Assembly (NCBI GenBank): GCA_029982795.1
Contig: JARRBY010000002.1
Span: forward strand, 1-45,622
Direction: 5' to 3'
Source: Patescibacteria group bacterium
Lineage (GTDB): Bacteria > Patescibacteriota > Patescibacteriia > Patescibacteriales > UBA12465
Length of the DNA: 45,622 bases
The notes beneath the pieces were generated by a model. It was not told the origin of the DNA, did not search any database, and saw nothing but the letters and a program-made list of their open reading frames with translations. Shown here piece after piece: positions 9,030-19,150 of this stretch. The stretch's first letter is position 1. Each line of letters opens with the position of its first letter. Position numbers and translations under genes: made by a program.

Positions 9030-9885
9030 AACCCTGTTATCATCTCCTAGCATAAATCAAGCAGAAGCCGAAACCATTCTGGCTTTTTTATTGGGGAAAA
9101 ATCGAGAATACATAATTGCTCATCAGGAAATAGAAGTGGGAAAAAAAATTACAAGAGATTACAAACGAATGGTTAAAAAAAGACAAAAACATTACCCTCT
9201 TGCCTATCTTCTTGGTTATAAAGAGTTTTATGGAGAAAAGATAATTGTCAATAAACATGTTTTAGTTCCTCGTCCAGAAACAGAAGGAATGATTGATTAT
9301 TTATTAACCTATCTATTAAATAATAAAAATAAAAAATCCTATAACTTTCTTGATATTGGAACCGGTTCAGGCGCTATTATAATTGCACTCGCCAAAGTTT
9401 TAAAAAACCAAGCGAAAGAGATATACGAAAATAGTAATTTTTTAGCAACCGATATCTCACAATCAGCTCTTAAAGTAGCAAAGGAAAATATAAAAAAACA
9501 AAGATTGGATAATAAAATAAAACTACAAAAATCTGATTTACTTAAACAAATCCCACTTGATTATCTAAAAAATAATAAACCGCTTATTATCACCGCCAAC
9601 CTTCCCTATTTAAGCCCTGAGGAAGCGAAAAAAGAGCCCACCATTAGTCGTGAACCACGTTTAGCACTAAGTACCGGTCTTAACGGTGTAAAACTCTACA
9701 AAAGGCTTTTTATTATGATAAAAAAGAAAAATATTAATCATTTTCTCCTCCTTTGCGAAATTAATCCTACCCAAAAAAAGAGTATTTTAAAACTAAAAGA
9801 TGAAATTTTAAAAGACCGCTCTATAAACTTAAATTTTTTACAAGATTTAAGCCAACAAACACGTTTTTTCTTGCTTCAAGATTAA
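9019..9885 (+). CDS. prmC: Release-factor glutamine N5-methyltransferase PrmC/HemK
   Basis: 288 aa with 11-nt overlap with prfA. SAM motif DIGTGSGAI. Motif IV reads NLPY rather than NPPY. Confidence 0.85.
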   Translation: MTLKTLLSSPSINQAEAETILAFLLGKNREYIIAHQEIEVGKKITRDYKRMVKKRQKHYPLAYLLGYKEFYGEKIIVNKHVLVPRPETEGMIDYLLTYLLNNKNKKSYNFLDIGTGSGAIIIALAKVLKNQAKEIYENSNFLATDISQSALKVAKENIKKQRLDNKIKLQKSDLLKQIPLDYLKNNKPLIITANLPYLSPEEAKKEPTISREPRLALSTGLNGVKLYKRLFIMIKKKNINHFLLLCEINPTQKKSILKLKDEILKDRSINLNFLQDLSQQTRFFLLQD

Positions 9886-9894
9886 CCTCATAAA

Positions 9895-9926
9895 ACAAAA
9901 AACTCCTCTTTAAGAGGAGTTTTTTA
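9895..9926. terminator. Bidirectional rho-independent terminator (convergent prmC / L25)
   Basis: A-run, stem ACTCCTCT (9902-9909) pairing with AGAGGAGT (9913-9920), loop TTA, then T-run. Confidence 0.8.
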
Positions 9927-9956
9927 TACTAAATTTATACTAAAGAAAAATAAAAT

Positions 9957-10577
9957 TTATTCCTCTTTCTTTTCATCCTTTTTTTCTACCTCAGCCGTCT
10001 TTGCTTCTTCCTCTACTTCAGGAGCAACTTCTTCTTCCTGAACCTTAGGCTCAGCAATCAAGGCAACAATAGTTTCTGGATCCAATAAAAGCTCCATTCC
10101 CGATGGCAACTTAATATCACCGATTTTAATGACTGCATCAAGCGTTTCAAGACTGGTAATATCTACAACTAAATGATCAACTAAATCGCTTGGTAAACAC
10201 TCCACTTTAATTTCATGGACTTCTTTAATTAAAATACCACCCAATTCTTTAACCGCCTTTGATTCACCAATAAATTTAAGAGGAATATCAGCGGTTACTT
10301 TTTCCTTCATATTTACTTCATAAAAATCAACATGGGTAACAAAATCTTTAATTGGATCTTTTTGCATATCTTTTACCAAAACTCGTGCCACTTCACCGGC
10401 AATATCAAGATTAATTAAATTTGTTTCTCCCGCTTGTAAAAAAACTTTATCAAATTCAATGCGATTAAGTTTAATAGAACGATTTTCCAAACCCTTTCCA
10501 TAAACAACCGCCGCTAAAGAATCAGCTGCCATTTTTTCATTTTTCTCGCGTTTTTGCGCACTTAATTTTAAATCCAT
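9957..10577 (-). CDS. rplY: 50S ribosomal protein L25 / general stress protein Ctc
   Basis: 206 aa. L25 N-terminal domain plus Ctc-type C-terminal domain and an acidic tail. Confidence 0.88.
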   Translation of the reverse strand: MDLKLSAQKREKNEKMAADSLAAVVYGKGLENRSIKLNRIEFDKVFLQAGETNLINLDIAGEVARVLVKDMQKDPIKDFVTHVDFYEVNMKEKVTADIPLKFIGESKAVKELGGILIKEVHEIKVECLPSDLVDHLVVDITSLETLDAVIKIGDIKLPSGMELLLDPETIVALIAEPKVQEEEVAPEVEEEAKTAEVEKKDEKKEE

Positions 10578-10581
10578 AATT

Positions 10582-11688
10582 TTAATAACTAGTTTTATTT
10601 TTTATTATAATATTTTGCATTATGCCCATTATTATCATAAGAGACAACAGTGAACTACCGCCATAACTAATAAATGGCAAAGGTAGACCAACAACTGGCA
10701 TAATTCCTAAGTTCATACCAATATTAATAAACATTTGAATAAAAATCAAGCCCATAGCGCCAATAAGAAAATAAATGGCAAAATCATTATTTGCTAACCT
10801 CACCGCTCGTAATATTCGCCAAAATAATAAAGCATAAAAAAATAACACCAATATCACCCCCAAAAAGCCAAATTCTTCCGCAATAACCGCAAAGATAAAA
10901 TCATTTTGAGCTTCCGGTAGAAATTTTAATTGTGACTGGGAGCCAAAACCCACCCCTTTGCCGGTTAATCCTCCCGAACCAATAGCTATCACTGATTGCG
11001 AAATATTATAACCAGAATCGAGTGAATTAGAATTAGGAGAAACAAAATTCATAATTCTTTCTTTTTGATAAGGGGCAAATAAGAAAAACCAGGCACTGGT
11101 AAACAAAATTATTGAACTTAAACCAATAATAAAAAAATATTTTAAATTAAAATCAGCCGCCACAATTAAAACAAACCAAATTCCAATCAAAATCAAAGCT
11201 GATCCAAAATCAGGTTGCAACATAACTAAGCCAGCAAACACAGCCGTGATACTTAAAGAAGTTAAAAAATGACGACTATTTTTTACCTTTGTAGCTAAAT
11301 TTGCAAAATAATTAGCCAAATAAATTATTAATATAATTTTTATAAACTCAACTGGTTGCAGAGAAAAGCCAAACAAATTAAACCACCCCTTGGTTCCCCG
11401 AGCAGTATCACCAAAAAACAACACGGCAATTAACAAAATAACGCCCCCCCCAAATAAATAACGACTCAAACTTCGTAAAAAATAGTAATCAACAAAAGAA
11501 AAGGATACCAACAACACTAAACCTAATCCCGCAAACAGTAATTGCTTACGAAAATTTAATAAATCTAAACCACCACGCCCTAAAGAAACACTGTATATTT
11601 CAACTAAACCAAAAGCAATAAGGAGCACCAAACTCGCAACAATCAACCAATCAAATTTAGAAAAATGTTCTTTTAAACGATTAAGCAT
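10582..11688 (-). CDS. SEDS-family peptidoglycan glycosyltransferase (FtsW/RodA/SpoVE)
   Basis: 368 aa, about 10 TM. Conserved blocks QPVEFIKI, PDFGSALI, LPEAQNDFIFA and GLPLPFISYGGSS. Confidence 0.92.
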   Translation of the reverse strand: MLNRLKEHFSKFDWLIVASLVLLIAFGLVEIYSVSLGRGGLDLLNFRKQLLFAGLGLVLLVSFSFVDYYFLRSLSRYLFGGGVILLIAVLFFGDTARGTKGWFNLFGFSLQPVEFIKIILIIYLANYFANLATKVKNSRHFLTSLSITAVFAGLVMLQPDFGSALILIGIWFVLIVAADFNLKYFFIIGLSSIILFTSAWFFLFAPYQKERIMNFVSPNSNSLDSGYNISQSVIAIGSGGLTGKGVGFGSQSQLKFLPEAQNDFIFAVIAEEFGFLGVILVLFFYALLFWRILRAVRLANNDFAIYFLIGAMGLIFIQMFINIGMNLGIMPVVGLPLPFISYGGSSLLSLMIIMGIMQNIIIKNKTSY

Positions 11689-11691
11689 ATT

Positions 11692-12576
11692 CTAGAAGGT
11701 ATCCTGAAATTTCAAATAAACGCTATCTAAAATTATATTTACACGAGGCACTATCTTTACCTGATTAACACCATTTAAATCACCCGCCCAACTTAGAGTA
11801 ACCGCTCTTTTTTCACCGGCTTTTATATTTTTCCCAAGATATTTTTGAACACCAATTAAACGTTCGTTGGCATAAAATAAAATATCAAAATCAACTTGAT
11901 AATAACTATATGGACTATTATTTAAAATATCAAATTCCAAACGATTTAACTTTAAATTTTCCGATAAACCGCTTTTTAAAGAATTAAAAAAATTAATATT
12001 TAAAAATTCAAAATTTATCCGTTCCTTGTAATAAGTTGTCCAATCATCAATTTGTCGTCTATTTATCCGACTCCAAAAAATATCTTCAATTTTAAAATTT
12101 ATATCAGCAGTATTTTCTAGCTTAACCCCCAAAGTGGTCAGAAGATAATTTTCACCGGGCAAAATAAAATCTCGCTGACAATCAATTTTTTTCTCACCCT
12201 GATAGAAACAATAATCAAATTCTGCCCAAAAATTATCATTTTCATTCACTAATGTCACTACCAAATCATAACTATTCCCTACTTTAAAGATTTCCAAAGC
12301 ACCGGGCTGCATTGGCTTAACAACATTTCGTGGTGACATTACCTGATTTTCTGGTAAATTATCAATCGGATCACTCATAAAATAAATAATGTACCCATAG
12401 GTAGAATAAATAAAGAAAAAAGCGGAAATTATAATTAAAAAAATAGTTAAAGCCCGTGTTAATAGAGGACGATTTTCCGCTATCCATAAGCCAATGTTCA
12501 TTTGACGTACACTTACCCCACTTAAATCTTTAAAATCTCGCAAATCTTCATCTTTATTATATTTATCATTTGCCAT
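11692..12576 (-). CDS. Hypothetical bitopic membrane protein with two related beta-rich extracytoplasmic modules
   Basis: 294 aa with one TM (about aa 40-65). Two segments share the pattern LxxxLxNxxxxxxxxxDFxxxFYxxExxIxxxxxxLxxGE. Its stop is 3 nt before the SEDS gene start. Confidence 0.6.
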   Translation of the reverse strand: MANDKYNKDEDLRDFKDLSGVSVRQMNIGLWIAENRPLLTRALTIFLIIISAFFFIYSTYGYIIYFMSDPIDNLPENQVMSPRNVVKPMQPGALEIFKVGNSYDLVVTLVNENDNFWAEFDYCFYQGEKKIDCQRDFILPGENYLLTTLGVKLENTADINFKIEDIFWSRINRRQIDDWTTYYKERINFEFLNINFFNSLKSGLSENLKLNRLEFDILNNSPYSYYQVDFDILFYANERLIGVQKYLGKNIKAGEKRAVTLSWAGDLNGVNQVKIVPRVNIILDSVYLKFQDTF

Positions 12577-12591
12577 AAAATATGCTATAAT
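12563..12591 (+). promoter_or_regulatory. Predicted promoter for the aldolase gene
   Basis: TTATCA (12563-12568), 17 nt spacer, extended -10 TGCTATAAT (12583-12591). Confidence 0.35.
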
Positions 12592-12602
12592 AATTTTATC
12601 TT

Positions 12603-12631
12603 GTTATAAGCTTATTATAATAATAACACAA
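12603..12631 (-). promoter_or_regulatory. Predicted promoter for the hypothetical-SEDS-L25 operon
   Basis: On the minus strand: TTGTGT (12626-12631), 17 nt spacer, TATAAC (12603-12608). Confidence 0.35.
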
Positions 12632-12662
12632 TCTTAGCTATTTATAAACTATTTTTTATATT

Positions 12663-13616
12663 ATGAAAAAAATAACTCCTCCTTTAAGTGTTCCTGTTAA
12701 TAAAGTTAGAGAATTTAAAAAAAATTGGCAACTTCTCACAGCTAACACTAATAATTTGTTCCTTATTGCCGGTGATCAAAAAATAGAACATTTAAATGAC
12801 GACTTCTATGGTCCACAAATAGCCAAAGAAGATAACAATCCTCGTCATCTTTTTAATATCACTAAAAATTCAAAAGGAGGAGTACTGGCGACTCATTTAG
12901 GTTTAATTTCTCAATATGGTCATGAATTCCCTGACTTAACCTATGTTGTAAAAATAAATGGCAAAACTCATCTTGGCCCAAATGATGAAAAAAATTCCAG
13001 CCAACCATTATGGAGTGTTGCTGAAGTTTGTAATTTTAAAAAAAATACCGGTCTTAAGATTGCCGCCATTGGTTATACTTTATACCTTGGTCATAAATAT
13101 GAAGCCAAAATGTTAAAACAAGCAGCAAAAGCAATCTACGAGGCTCATCAGAATGGTTTAGCCGCTATCTTATGGATGTATCCTCGGGGTAAAGGTGTAC
13201 AAGAAGAAAATATTCACACAATTGCCGGTGGTGCCGGCGTAGCCGCAAGTTTAGGGGCTGACTTTGTAAAAATAAAGTACCCCTATCAAGCTAAAAATAA
13301 AAAACAAACCGCTTTAGATTTTAAAGAAGTCATAATTGCCGCTGGTAAAACACGTGTAATTTGTGTCGGTGGTAGCAAACAACCCGCGAAGGACTTGCTT
13401 CATTTTTTAGATCAACAATTAACAATCGGCACCAGTGGTTTAGCGATTGGTCGCAATTTACACCAACGACCTGAAGCTGAAGCCTATCGTTTAGCACAAG
13501 CTATCAGTGCCCTGATATTAAAACAAGCAAGCCTAAAAGACGCTCTGGCTATTTATGAAAATAAAGAACAAAAAACAAAACACCCAAAAATTAAAAAAAT
13601 TTTAAATTTATTTTAA
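12663..13616 (+). CDS. Class I fructose-bisphosphate aldolase (DhnA/FbaB, DeoC/LacD-like family)
   Basis: 317 aa TIM-barrel aldolase pattern: VVKINGKT, GADFVKIKYP (candidate Schiff-base Lys region) and GLAIGRN. Confidence 0.75.
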   Translation: MKKITPPLSVPVNKVREFKKNWQLLTANTNNLFLIAGDQKIEHLNDDFYGPQIAKEDNNPRHLFNITKNSKGGVLATHLGLISQYGHEFPDLTYVVKINGKTHLGPNDEKNSSQPLWSVAEVCNFKKNTGLKIAAIGYTLYLGHKYEAKMLKQAAKAIYEAHQNGLAAILWMYPRGKGVQEENIHTIAGGAGVAASLGADFVKIKYPYQAKNKKQTALDFKEVIIAAGKTRVICVGGSKQPAKDLLHFLDQQLTIGTSGLAIGRNLHQRPEAEAYRLAQAISALILKQASLKDALAIYENKEQKTKHPKIKKILNLF

Positions 13617-13631
13617 CAGTATTAAGCAAAC

Positions 13632-13667
13632 AAAAAGAGCCAACATTAAAAGGTTGGCTCTTTTTTT
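13632..13667. terminator. Bidirectional rho-independent terminator (convergent genes)
   Basis: A-run, stem GAGCCAAC (13637-13644) pairing with GTTGGCTC (13653-13660), T-run 13661-13667. Confidence 0.8.
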
Positions 13668-13677
13668 ATCCTTTTTA

Positions 13678-15264
13678 TTATTTTTTTATTTTTATCTCTA
13701 TTCTATCTACTAAACGCGGTGCTTTTTTAATAAAAGAAGGGTAAAATTTTAAATCATAATCACTAATTTCTGGATAATCTTTTAAATACGTCCTTATTTG
13801 TTCCGCTGTTAAATTAACTAGTTTTTCTTTATCTATCACATCAGCATCTGAATTTAAAATCATAAAGCTGGAGAAATTAGCTTTTATAGTGGCTAAGCCT
13901 TCTTCAATATCATAGCTTTCAAGAGTGTATGACAAGCTATCAGGATTAAACTCCACTAATTCCCTATCGTCCGGTACTAATACTTTCAACTTAGAAGCAA
14001 CCAATTGTTCCACTTCATCTTTAGCAAATGAAACTACTAAAACTTTTGCTTGAGCTTTAGCAAGAAAAGAATCAACTTTATCTCCAGCGGCAGCATTAAT
14101 TTCAATATCAATCGGAGTATTTATTTCATACAAAACTTCATCTTGACCGCGTAATGTTTTTAATGACTTAGCTTTTTCCAATAACAAATCATAGGCCTCA
14201 CTTTTAGCAAGTTGAATATCAGAAGCTTTAACATATTTTTCCATTTTTTGTTGATAAGAAAAAGCTTCGTCAGAAATCGCATAAATACTATCTTGCAAAC
14301 CAACCCATAAGCCGGGAATGATAAAACGAGTAGGGGCAATTGCCATTTCCCGAGACACTGTATCGGCATAAATATCAACCGTCACTTCTCCTCCCGCAGG
14401 AACATTAACTGCTTCCTTAATACGAAATAATTTATTATCTGGAGAAAGTAATCTTGTACTCGCTACTAAAGCTTGATTACGACTATAATTGTTAATAATT
14501 CGTACTTTACCAATAATCTCTTCGCCTACAAATTCTTCACCGGTTGCAGCATATTCTTTTTCTACTTCAAGACTTAATTCATTAACAGAACCACTAACTT
14601 GATCGCGAGCATCACCGGGCCTAACTTCTTCCTCGGTATTAGCAATTTTCAAATAGAGCGTATCATTCATTGCTTCAACCTTTGGGGTAATCAAAATTGT
14701 TAATTTAGAAAAAGAAAAATAAAAAACAAAGGCCGCTAATAAACCAACTAAAATTAAAAATTTCCAAGCTAAAGAGCGATATAATCTGATACTCTTCTTA
14801 TTTTTATAAGTTTTTTCCGCCGCTTCTCTTTGTTCATCTTGTCCACTTTCTTTTCTTTGTTTGATTTCTGTTACTAAATCTGAAAAAAATTGTTTTTGTT
14901 TGTCAGTTTCTTCCGCTGTTTTAAAATCTTCTTTAGATTCAGATACTTCTATATCAGCCGTTTGGTCTACACGAGGTACTTCCCCTTCTTCCAGGTCAAG
15001 AAAAAAATCTTGCGCTTTCTGAAAATCAAGTTCATCCGCTCCTAAAGCATCATCTGAAAAAAAAGTTGACTCCTCTAAATCTTCATCATTTATTACATCG
15101 ACAATAACTGGTTTTACCTTACCTGTTTTTTTTGAAGCGCTTTTTTTCTCAGACTTAGTACTTTTTACCTTTTTAGCTGAAATAGTTTTAGTCTTAGCGG
15201 CTTTTTTTGAGGCAGTTTTCTTTTTTGAATCTGATTCAGATTCATTTTTTTTCGTTCTTGGCAT
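13678..15264 (-). CDS. Hypothetical membrane-anchored protein with Lys-rich/acidic cytoplasmic N-terminus, one TM and a large external domain
   Basis: 528 aa. About 165 aa of low-complexity K/E-rich sequence, a TM (WKFLILVGLLAAFVFYFSF), then a mixed domain containing GKVRIINNYS...TRLLSPDNKLFRI...VPAGGEVTVDIYAD. Confidence 0.7.
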   Translation of the reverse strand: MPRTKKNESESDSKKKTASKKAAKTKTISAKKVKSTKSEKKSASKKTGKVKPVIVDVINDEDLEESTFFSDDALGADELDFQKAQDFFLDLEEGEVPRVDQTADIEVSESKEDFKTAEETDKQKQFFSDLVTEIKQRKESGQDEQREAAEKTYKNKKSIRLYRSLAWKFLILVGLLAAFVFYFSFSKLTILITPKVEAMNDTLYLKIANTEEEVRPGDARDQVSGSVNELSLEVEKEYAATGEEFVGEEIIGKVRIINNYSRNQALVASTRLLSPDNKLFRIKEAVNVPAGGEVTVDIYADTVSREMAIAPTRFIIPGLWVGLQDSIYAISDEAFSYQQKMEKYVKASDIQLAKSEAYDLLLEKAKSLKTLRGQDEVLYEINTPIDIEINAAAGDKVDSFLAKAQAKVLVVSFAKDEVEQLVASKLKVLVPDDRELVEFNPDSLSYTLESYDIEEGLATIKANFSSFMILNSDADVIDKEKLVNLTAEQIRTYLKDYPEISDYDLKFYPSFIKKAPRLVDRIEIKIKK

Positions 15265-15400
15265 AAAGTCGCAACAAAATTAAATTAAAATAGTAATAAT
15301 TTATTAATAAAAATAAAGAAATAATAAATTAAACCAACAAAAAAAATTAACTATTTTTATTATAACAGAAAAACAAAAGTGAGACAATTTATAAAAATAT

Positions 15401-18400
15401 TCAGTTTGCGATAGTAATCAAATTTTTAAAATTATTTATAATTTTTTCCTTTAAATCAGACTGATTGTTAACACGAAAAGTTGTTTTTATCACCTTATAC
15501 TTATCATTTTCAACAATACGAAAATACACTTCATCTTTTCCGGGAAAATCAGAAAATAATTGCTTTAATTTTTCTAAATGAGAGGCAGAAAAATTTTCCG
15601 TTAAAACTAATCGCAAAGATTGCGGACTAGGTGGTGGCAATATTACCTTTTCCTTTTTTTCCACAGCAATTTCCTCTGGCTGTGGCTGGTTAATAATTGG
15701 CATTTTTTCACTAGTATCATTATACCTTTTTTTTGGCATCGGAATTTCCATCATCATTCTTTTAAAATCATCAATTGATTTTTTTAAACTTAAAGGATCT
15801 ATAATAGCAACTTTATCCGCTAAAATTTTAAGATCATGATCTTTTTCTGATATTGATCCCGCGACTAAAATCGCCTTCCCTTCAACCCAAATATCCATTG
15901 TTTCTTTGTATAATCGTGGGAAAACTAAAAGCTCACAAACTGAAGTAGCATCTTCAATTTTTACAAATATCATAGAGTCACCCTTTCTGGTTATTATCTT
16001 CTTCACTGTAGAAATAATTCCGGCCGTAACTATCCGCGCCTCACTTTTATGACCTGATAAATTGGCCAGCGGTAAAGCATAATCTTTTAAATAAGGTTTA
16101 AAATAATTAAATGGGTGCTCACTAACATAAAGGCCAAGTAATTCTTTTTCCCAGGCTAATTTTTCATTTTTATCCACTTCCGGAGCAACAATTAAACTAG
16201 GTCGCGCCTTAATTTCTTCATTTAGCGTACCAAATAAACTTTCTTGACCCGAAGCTTTATTTTTAGCTTCCTCTTTATTAAAATTTAAAAACTTTTCTAA
16301 GTTTGCTAACAGCAGGCCTCTTTCACCAAAACTATCAAGTGCTCCACTTTTAATTAAACTTTCTAAAGATTTTTTATTTAAATCTTTATCAGTCACTCTT
16401 TCTAAAAGAGAAAAAATATCTAAAAAAGGCCCCTCTTTCTTTCTTTCTTTAATTATCTCATCAACTATATGTTCCCCCACATTTTTAATAACTTTTAAAC
16501 CAAAACGAATAGTATCTATTTTTGCATCTGGAGAAACTGTTCTGTTTTCTTTTGTACCTTCGGTAACAACGGTAAAAGTACCGAAGGACTCATTAACATC
16601 AGGCGCCATAATTTTAATTCCCATATTACGACACTCTTCAATCTCAATTGCAATTCTATCAATATCACCCTGATCTGCTGTTAACAGAGCGGCCATAAAT
16701 TCTACCGGCCAATGCGCTTTTAAATAAGCCGTTTGATAAGCGATTAAAGCATAACAAGCCGCGTGAGAACGATTAAAACCATAACCGGCAAAAGGTTCAA
16801 TAAAAGAAAATATTTTTTCCGCCAATTCTTTATATATTCCATTTTTAACACAACCATCTATAAATTTCTCTTTTTGTTCCGCTAACAAAGATGCAATTTT
16901 CTTACCCATGGCCTTACGTAAAACATCAGCTTGTCCCATGGAAAATCCAGCTAAATCACGCGCAATTTGCATTACTTGTTCTTGATAAATAGCTACGCCA
17001 TAAGTTTTTTCTAAAATACCCTCCAATTTCGGATGAAGATATGATATTTTTTTTATTTTGTGTTTACCAGCAATATAATCAGGAATCCACTCCATCGGTC
17101 CCGGACGATAAAGAGCTACCATCGCGATAATATCTTCAAACACTGTTGGTTTTAATTCTCGTAAATATCTTTTCATTCCTGAAGATTCAAATTGAAATAC
17201 ACCGGTTGTTTCTCCTTTTTGAAAAAGCTGATAAGTTTTCTTATCATCCAAAGGTATTTTATCAATATCAATTTCCAAACCTCTTGTATTTTTTATAATC
17301 TTTAAAGCCGCCTCAATAATGGTAAGGTTTTTTAATCCTAAAAAATCCATTTTTAACAAACCTAAATCTTCAACCGGATGTAGAGAATACTGCGATATAA
17401 TAGATTCATCGTCAGAAGAAGCTCTTTGAATTGGAACATATTCAGTTAAGGGCTTATCAGTTATCAAAACACCACAAGCGTGAGTTGAGGTGTGGCGAGC
17501 AACCCCTTCTAGACGTTTAGCATAATCTATAATTTTTTTAGCCAACGGTTCAGTTTCATACATCTCCCTTAACTCTGGTACAGTTTTTAATGCCTCCTCT
17601 AACTTGGTAAACATGGGAATACTTTTGGATATCTTATCGCAATAATCATATGGCGCATCAAGCACCCGACCAACATCACGAACCGCCGCTCGAGCCGCCA
17701 TCGTACCAAAGGTAATAATTTGCGCAACATGATCGTGACCATATTTTTCACCCACATAATGCAAAACCTCGCCCCGACGCGTATCAGCAAAATCCATATC
17801 AATATCAGGCATAGAAATTCTCTCAGGATTTAAAAAACGTTCAAAAAGCAAATCATACTTCAATGGATCTATGTTGGTAATACCTGTCAAATAACAAACT
17901 AAAGAACCGGCCGCACTCCCTCGTCCCGGACCAACAACAATTTTATTATCTCGAGACCATTTAATAAAATCGGCAACAATCAAAAAATATGACGGCCAAC
18001 CCATTTTAGCTATAACCTCTAATTCATAATCCAATCTTTTCTTTACTTGTTTTAATAAAGTGTTTGGCGCTTTCTCGTACCTAACCTTAATACCTTCCTC
18101 ACACCAATGACGAAGATAGGAATTACCATCATAACCCTCAGGAACAGCAAAAAATGGTAATTGTGTTTTTCCTAATTCTAATTCGACATTACAAGCTTCC
18201 GCTATTTTTAAGGTATTTTCAATAGCCTCGGGAACATGAGCAAAAGCTTTTATCATTTCTGCGTTTGGACGTAATGAATAATCGCCACTGCCTATCATTT
18301 TCATTCTGTCCGTATCACTTAATTTCTTTTTATTTTGCAAACAAAGTAATATATCTTGGGCCTCATCATCTTCTTTTTTAAAATAATGAACATCATTAGT

Positions 18401-19009
18401 GGCAACTAAAGGCACTCCTAATTTTTTAGAAAAATTAATTAAAACTTCATTAACTCTCTCCAATTCCGGTAATTCCGGATGATGCATTAATTCTAAATAA
18501 AAATTACCCCGGCCAAAAAGAGCGTCATACTCTTTTATCCTCTTTTCTGCTTCAGTTAAACGACCAGCATTAATTAAACGCGGAATTTCACCCGCTAAAC
18601 AAGCCGAAGAAGCAATCAAGCCTTCATGATATAAAGTTAAAAGCTCCCAATCAATACGAGGCTTATAATAAAAACCCTCAAGATGAGCACTAGAGACTAA
18701 TTTAATCAAATTTTTATAACCAGTATTATTTTTTGCTAATAATAGCAAATGAAAAGACCGCCCATCTTCTCGGCTTGCTTTATCAAAGCGAGAATTAGGA
18801 GCTAAATAAGCTTCCACCCCGATAATAGGATTAATACCAGCTTTCTTGGCTTTCTGATAAAATTCTACCACTCCATACATATTGCCATGATCGGTAATCG
18901 CTATCGCTGGTGACCCTTGCTCTTTGGCAAAATTAACCATTTCATCAATTTTAGTTAAACCATCCAAAAGAGAATAATGGGTATGATTGTGGAGATGAAC
19001 AAAAGACAT
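15401..19009 (-). CDS. dnaE: DNA polymerase III alpha subunit
   Basis: 1202 aa. N-terminal PHP domain (HLHNHTHYSLLDG), polymerase core, HhH and OB regions. TGA stop. Confidence 0.96.
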   Translation of the reverse strand: MSFVHLHNHTHYSLLDGLTKIDEMVNFAKEQGSPAIAITDHGNMYGVVEFYQKAKKAGINPIIGVEAYLAPNSRFDKASREDGRSFHLLLLAKNNTGYKNLIKLVSSAHLEGFYYKPRIDWELLTLYHEGLIASSACLAGEIPRLINAGRLTEAEKRIKEYDALFGRGNFYLELMHHPELPELERVNEVLINFSKKLGVPLVATNDVHYFKKEDDEAQDILLCLQNKKKLSDTDRMKMIGSGDYSLRPNAEMIKAFAHVPEAIENTLKIAEACNVELELGKTQLPFFAVPEGYDGNSYLRHWCEEGIKVRYEKAPNTLLKQVKKRLDYELEVIAKMGWPSYFLIVADFIKWSRDNKIVVGPGRGSAAGSLVCYLTGITNIDPLKYDLLFERFLNPERISMPDIDMDFADTRRGEVLHYVGEKYGHDHVAQIITFGTMAARAAVRDVGRVLDAPYDYCDKISKSIPMFTKLEEALKTVPELREMYETEPLAKKIIDYAKRLEGVARHTSTHACGVLITDKPLTEYVPIQRASSDDESIISQYSLHPVEDLGLLKMDFLGLKNLTIIEAALKIIKNTRGLEIDIDKIPLDDKKTYQLFQKGETTGVFQFESSGMKRYLRELKPTVFEDIIAMVALYRPGPMEWIPDYIAGKHKIKKISYLHPKLEGILEKTYGVAIYQEQVMQIARDLAGFSMGQADVLRKAMGKKIASLLAEQKEKFIDGCVKNGIYKELAEKIFSFIEPFAGYGFNRSHAACYALIAYQTAYLKAHWPVEFMAALLTADQGDIDRIAIEIEECRNMGIKIMAPDVNESFGTFTVVTEGTKENRTVSPDAKIDTIRFGLKVIKNVGEHIVDEIIKERKKEGPFLDIFSLLERVTDKDLNKKSLESLIKSGALDSFGERGLLLANLEKFLNFNKEEAKNKASGQESLFGTLNEEIKARPSLIVAPEVDKNEKLAWEKELLGLYVSEHPFNYFKPYLKDYALPLANLSGHKSEARIVTAGIISTVKKIITRKGDSMIFVKIEDATSVCELLVFPRLYKETMDIWVEGKAILVAGSISEKDHDLKILADKVAIIDPLSLKKSIDDFKRMMMEIPMPKKRYNDTSEKMPIINQPQPEEIAVEKKEKVILPPPSPQSLRLVLTENFSASHLEKLKQLFSDFPGKDEVYFRIVENDKYKVIKTTFRVNNQSDLKEKIINNFKNLITIAN

Positions 19010-19077
19010 GAAAAATTAAGTTAAAAATAAATTATTACTAAAAAATAACTAAAACCTCATAAGCAATCATTATCTTT

Positions 19078-19106
19078 ATTTTAATATAAGATTATAATAA
19101 GGGCAA
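19078..19106 (-). promoter_or_regulatory. Predicted promoter for dnaE
   Basis: On the minus strand: TTGCCC (19101-19106), 17 nt spacer, TAAAAT (19078-19083). Sits directly after the parB terminator. Confidence 0.35.
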
Positions 19107-19108
19107 AT

Positions 19109-19141
19109 TAAAAAAAGGGGTGGTCTCCCCTCCTTTTTTTT
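19109..19141 (-). terminator. Rho-independent terminator after parB
   Basis: A-run, G-rich/C-rich imperfect stem (GGGGTGG / CCCCTCC), then a T8 run. Confidence 0.7.
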
Positions 19142-19150
19142 AGCAACTTT

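Noticed and set aside
14160-14378. Same-strand alternative-frame ORFs inside larger genes (14160..14378, 17599..17802, 42838..43029)
   Set aside because: They sit out of frame within the 528-aa gene, dnaE and tgt. They have no recognisable motifs and no slippery or frameshift context.
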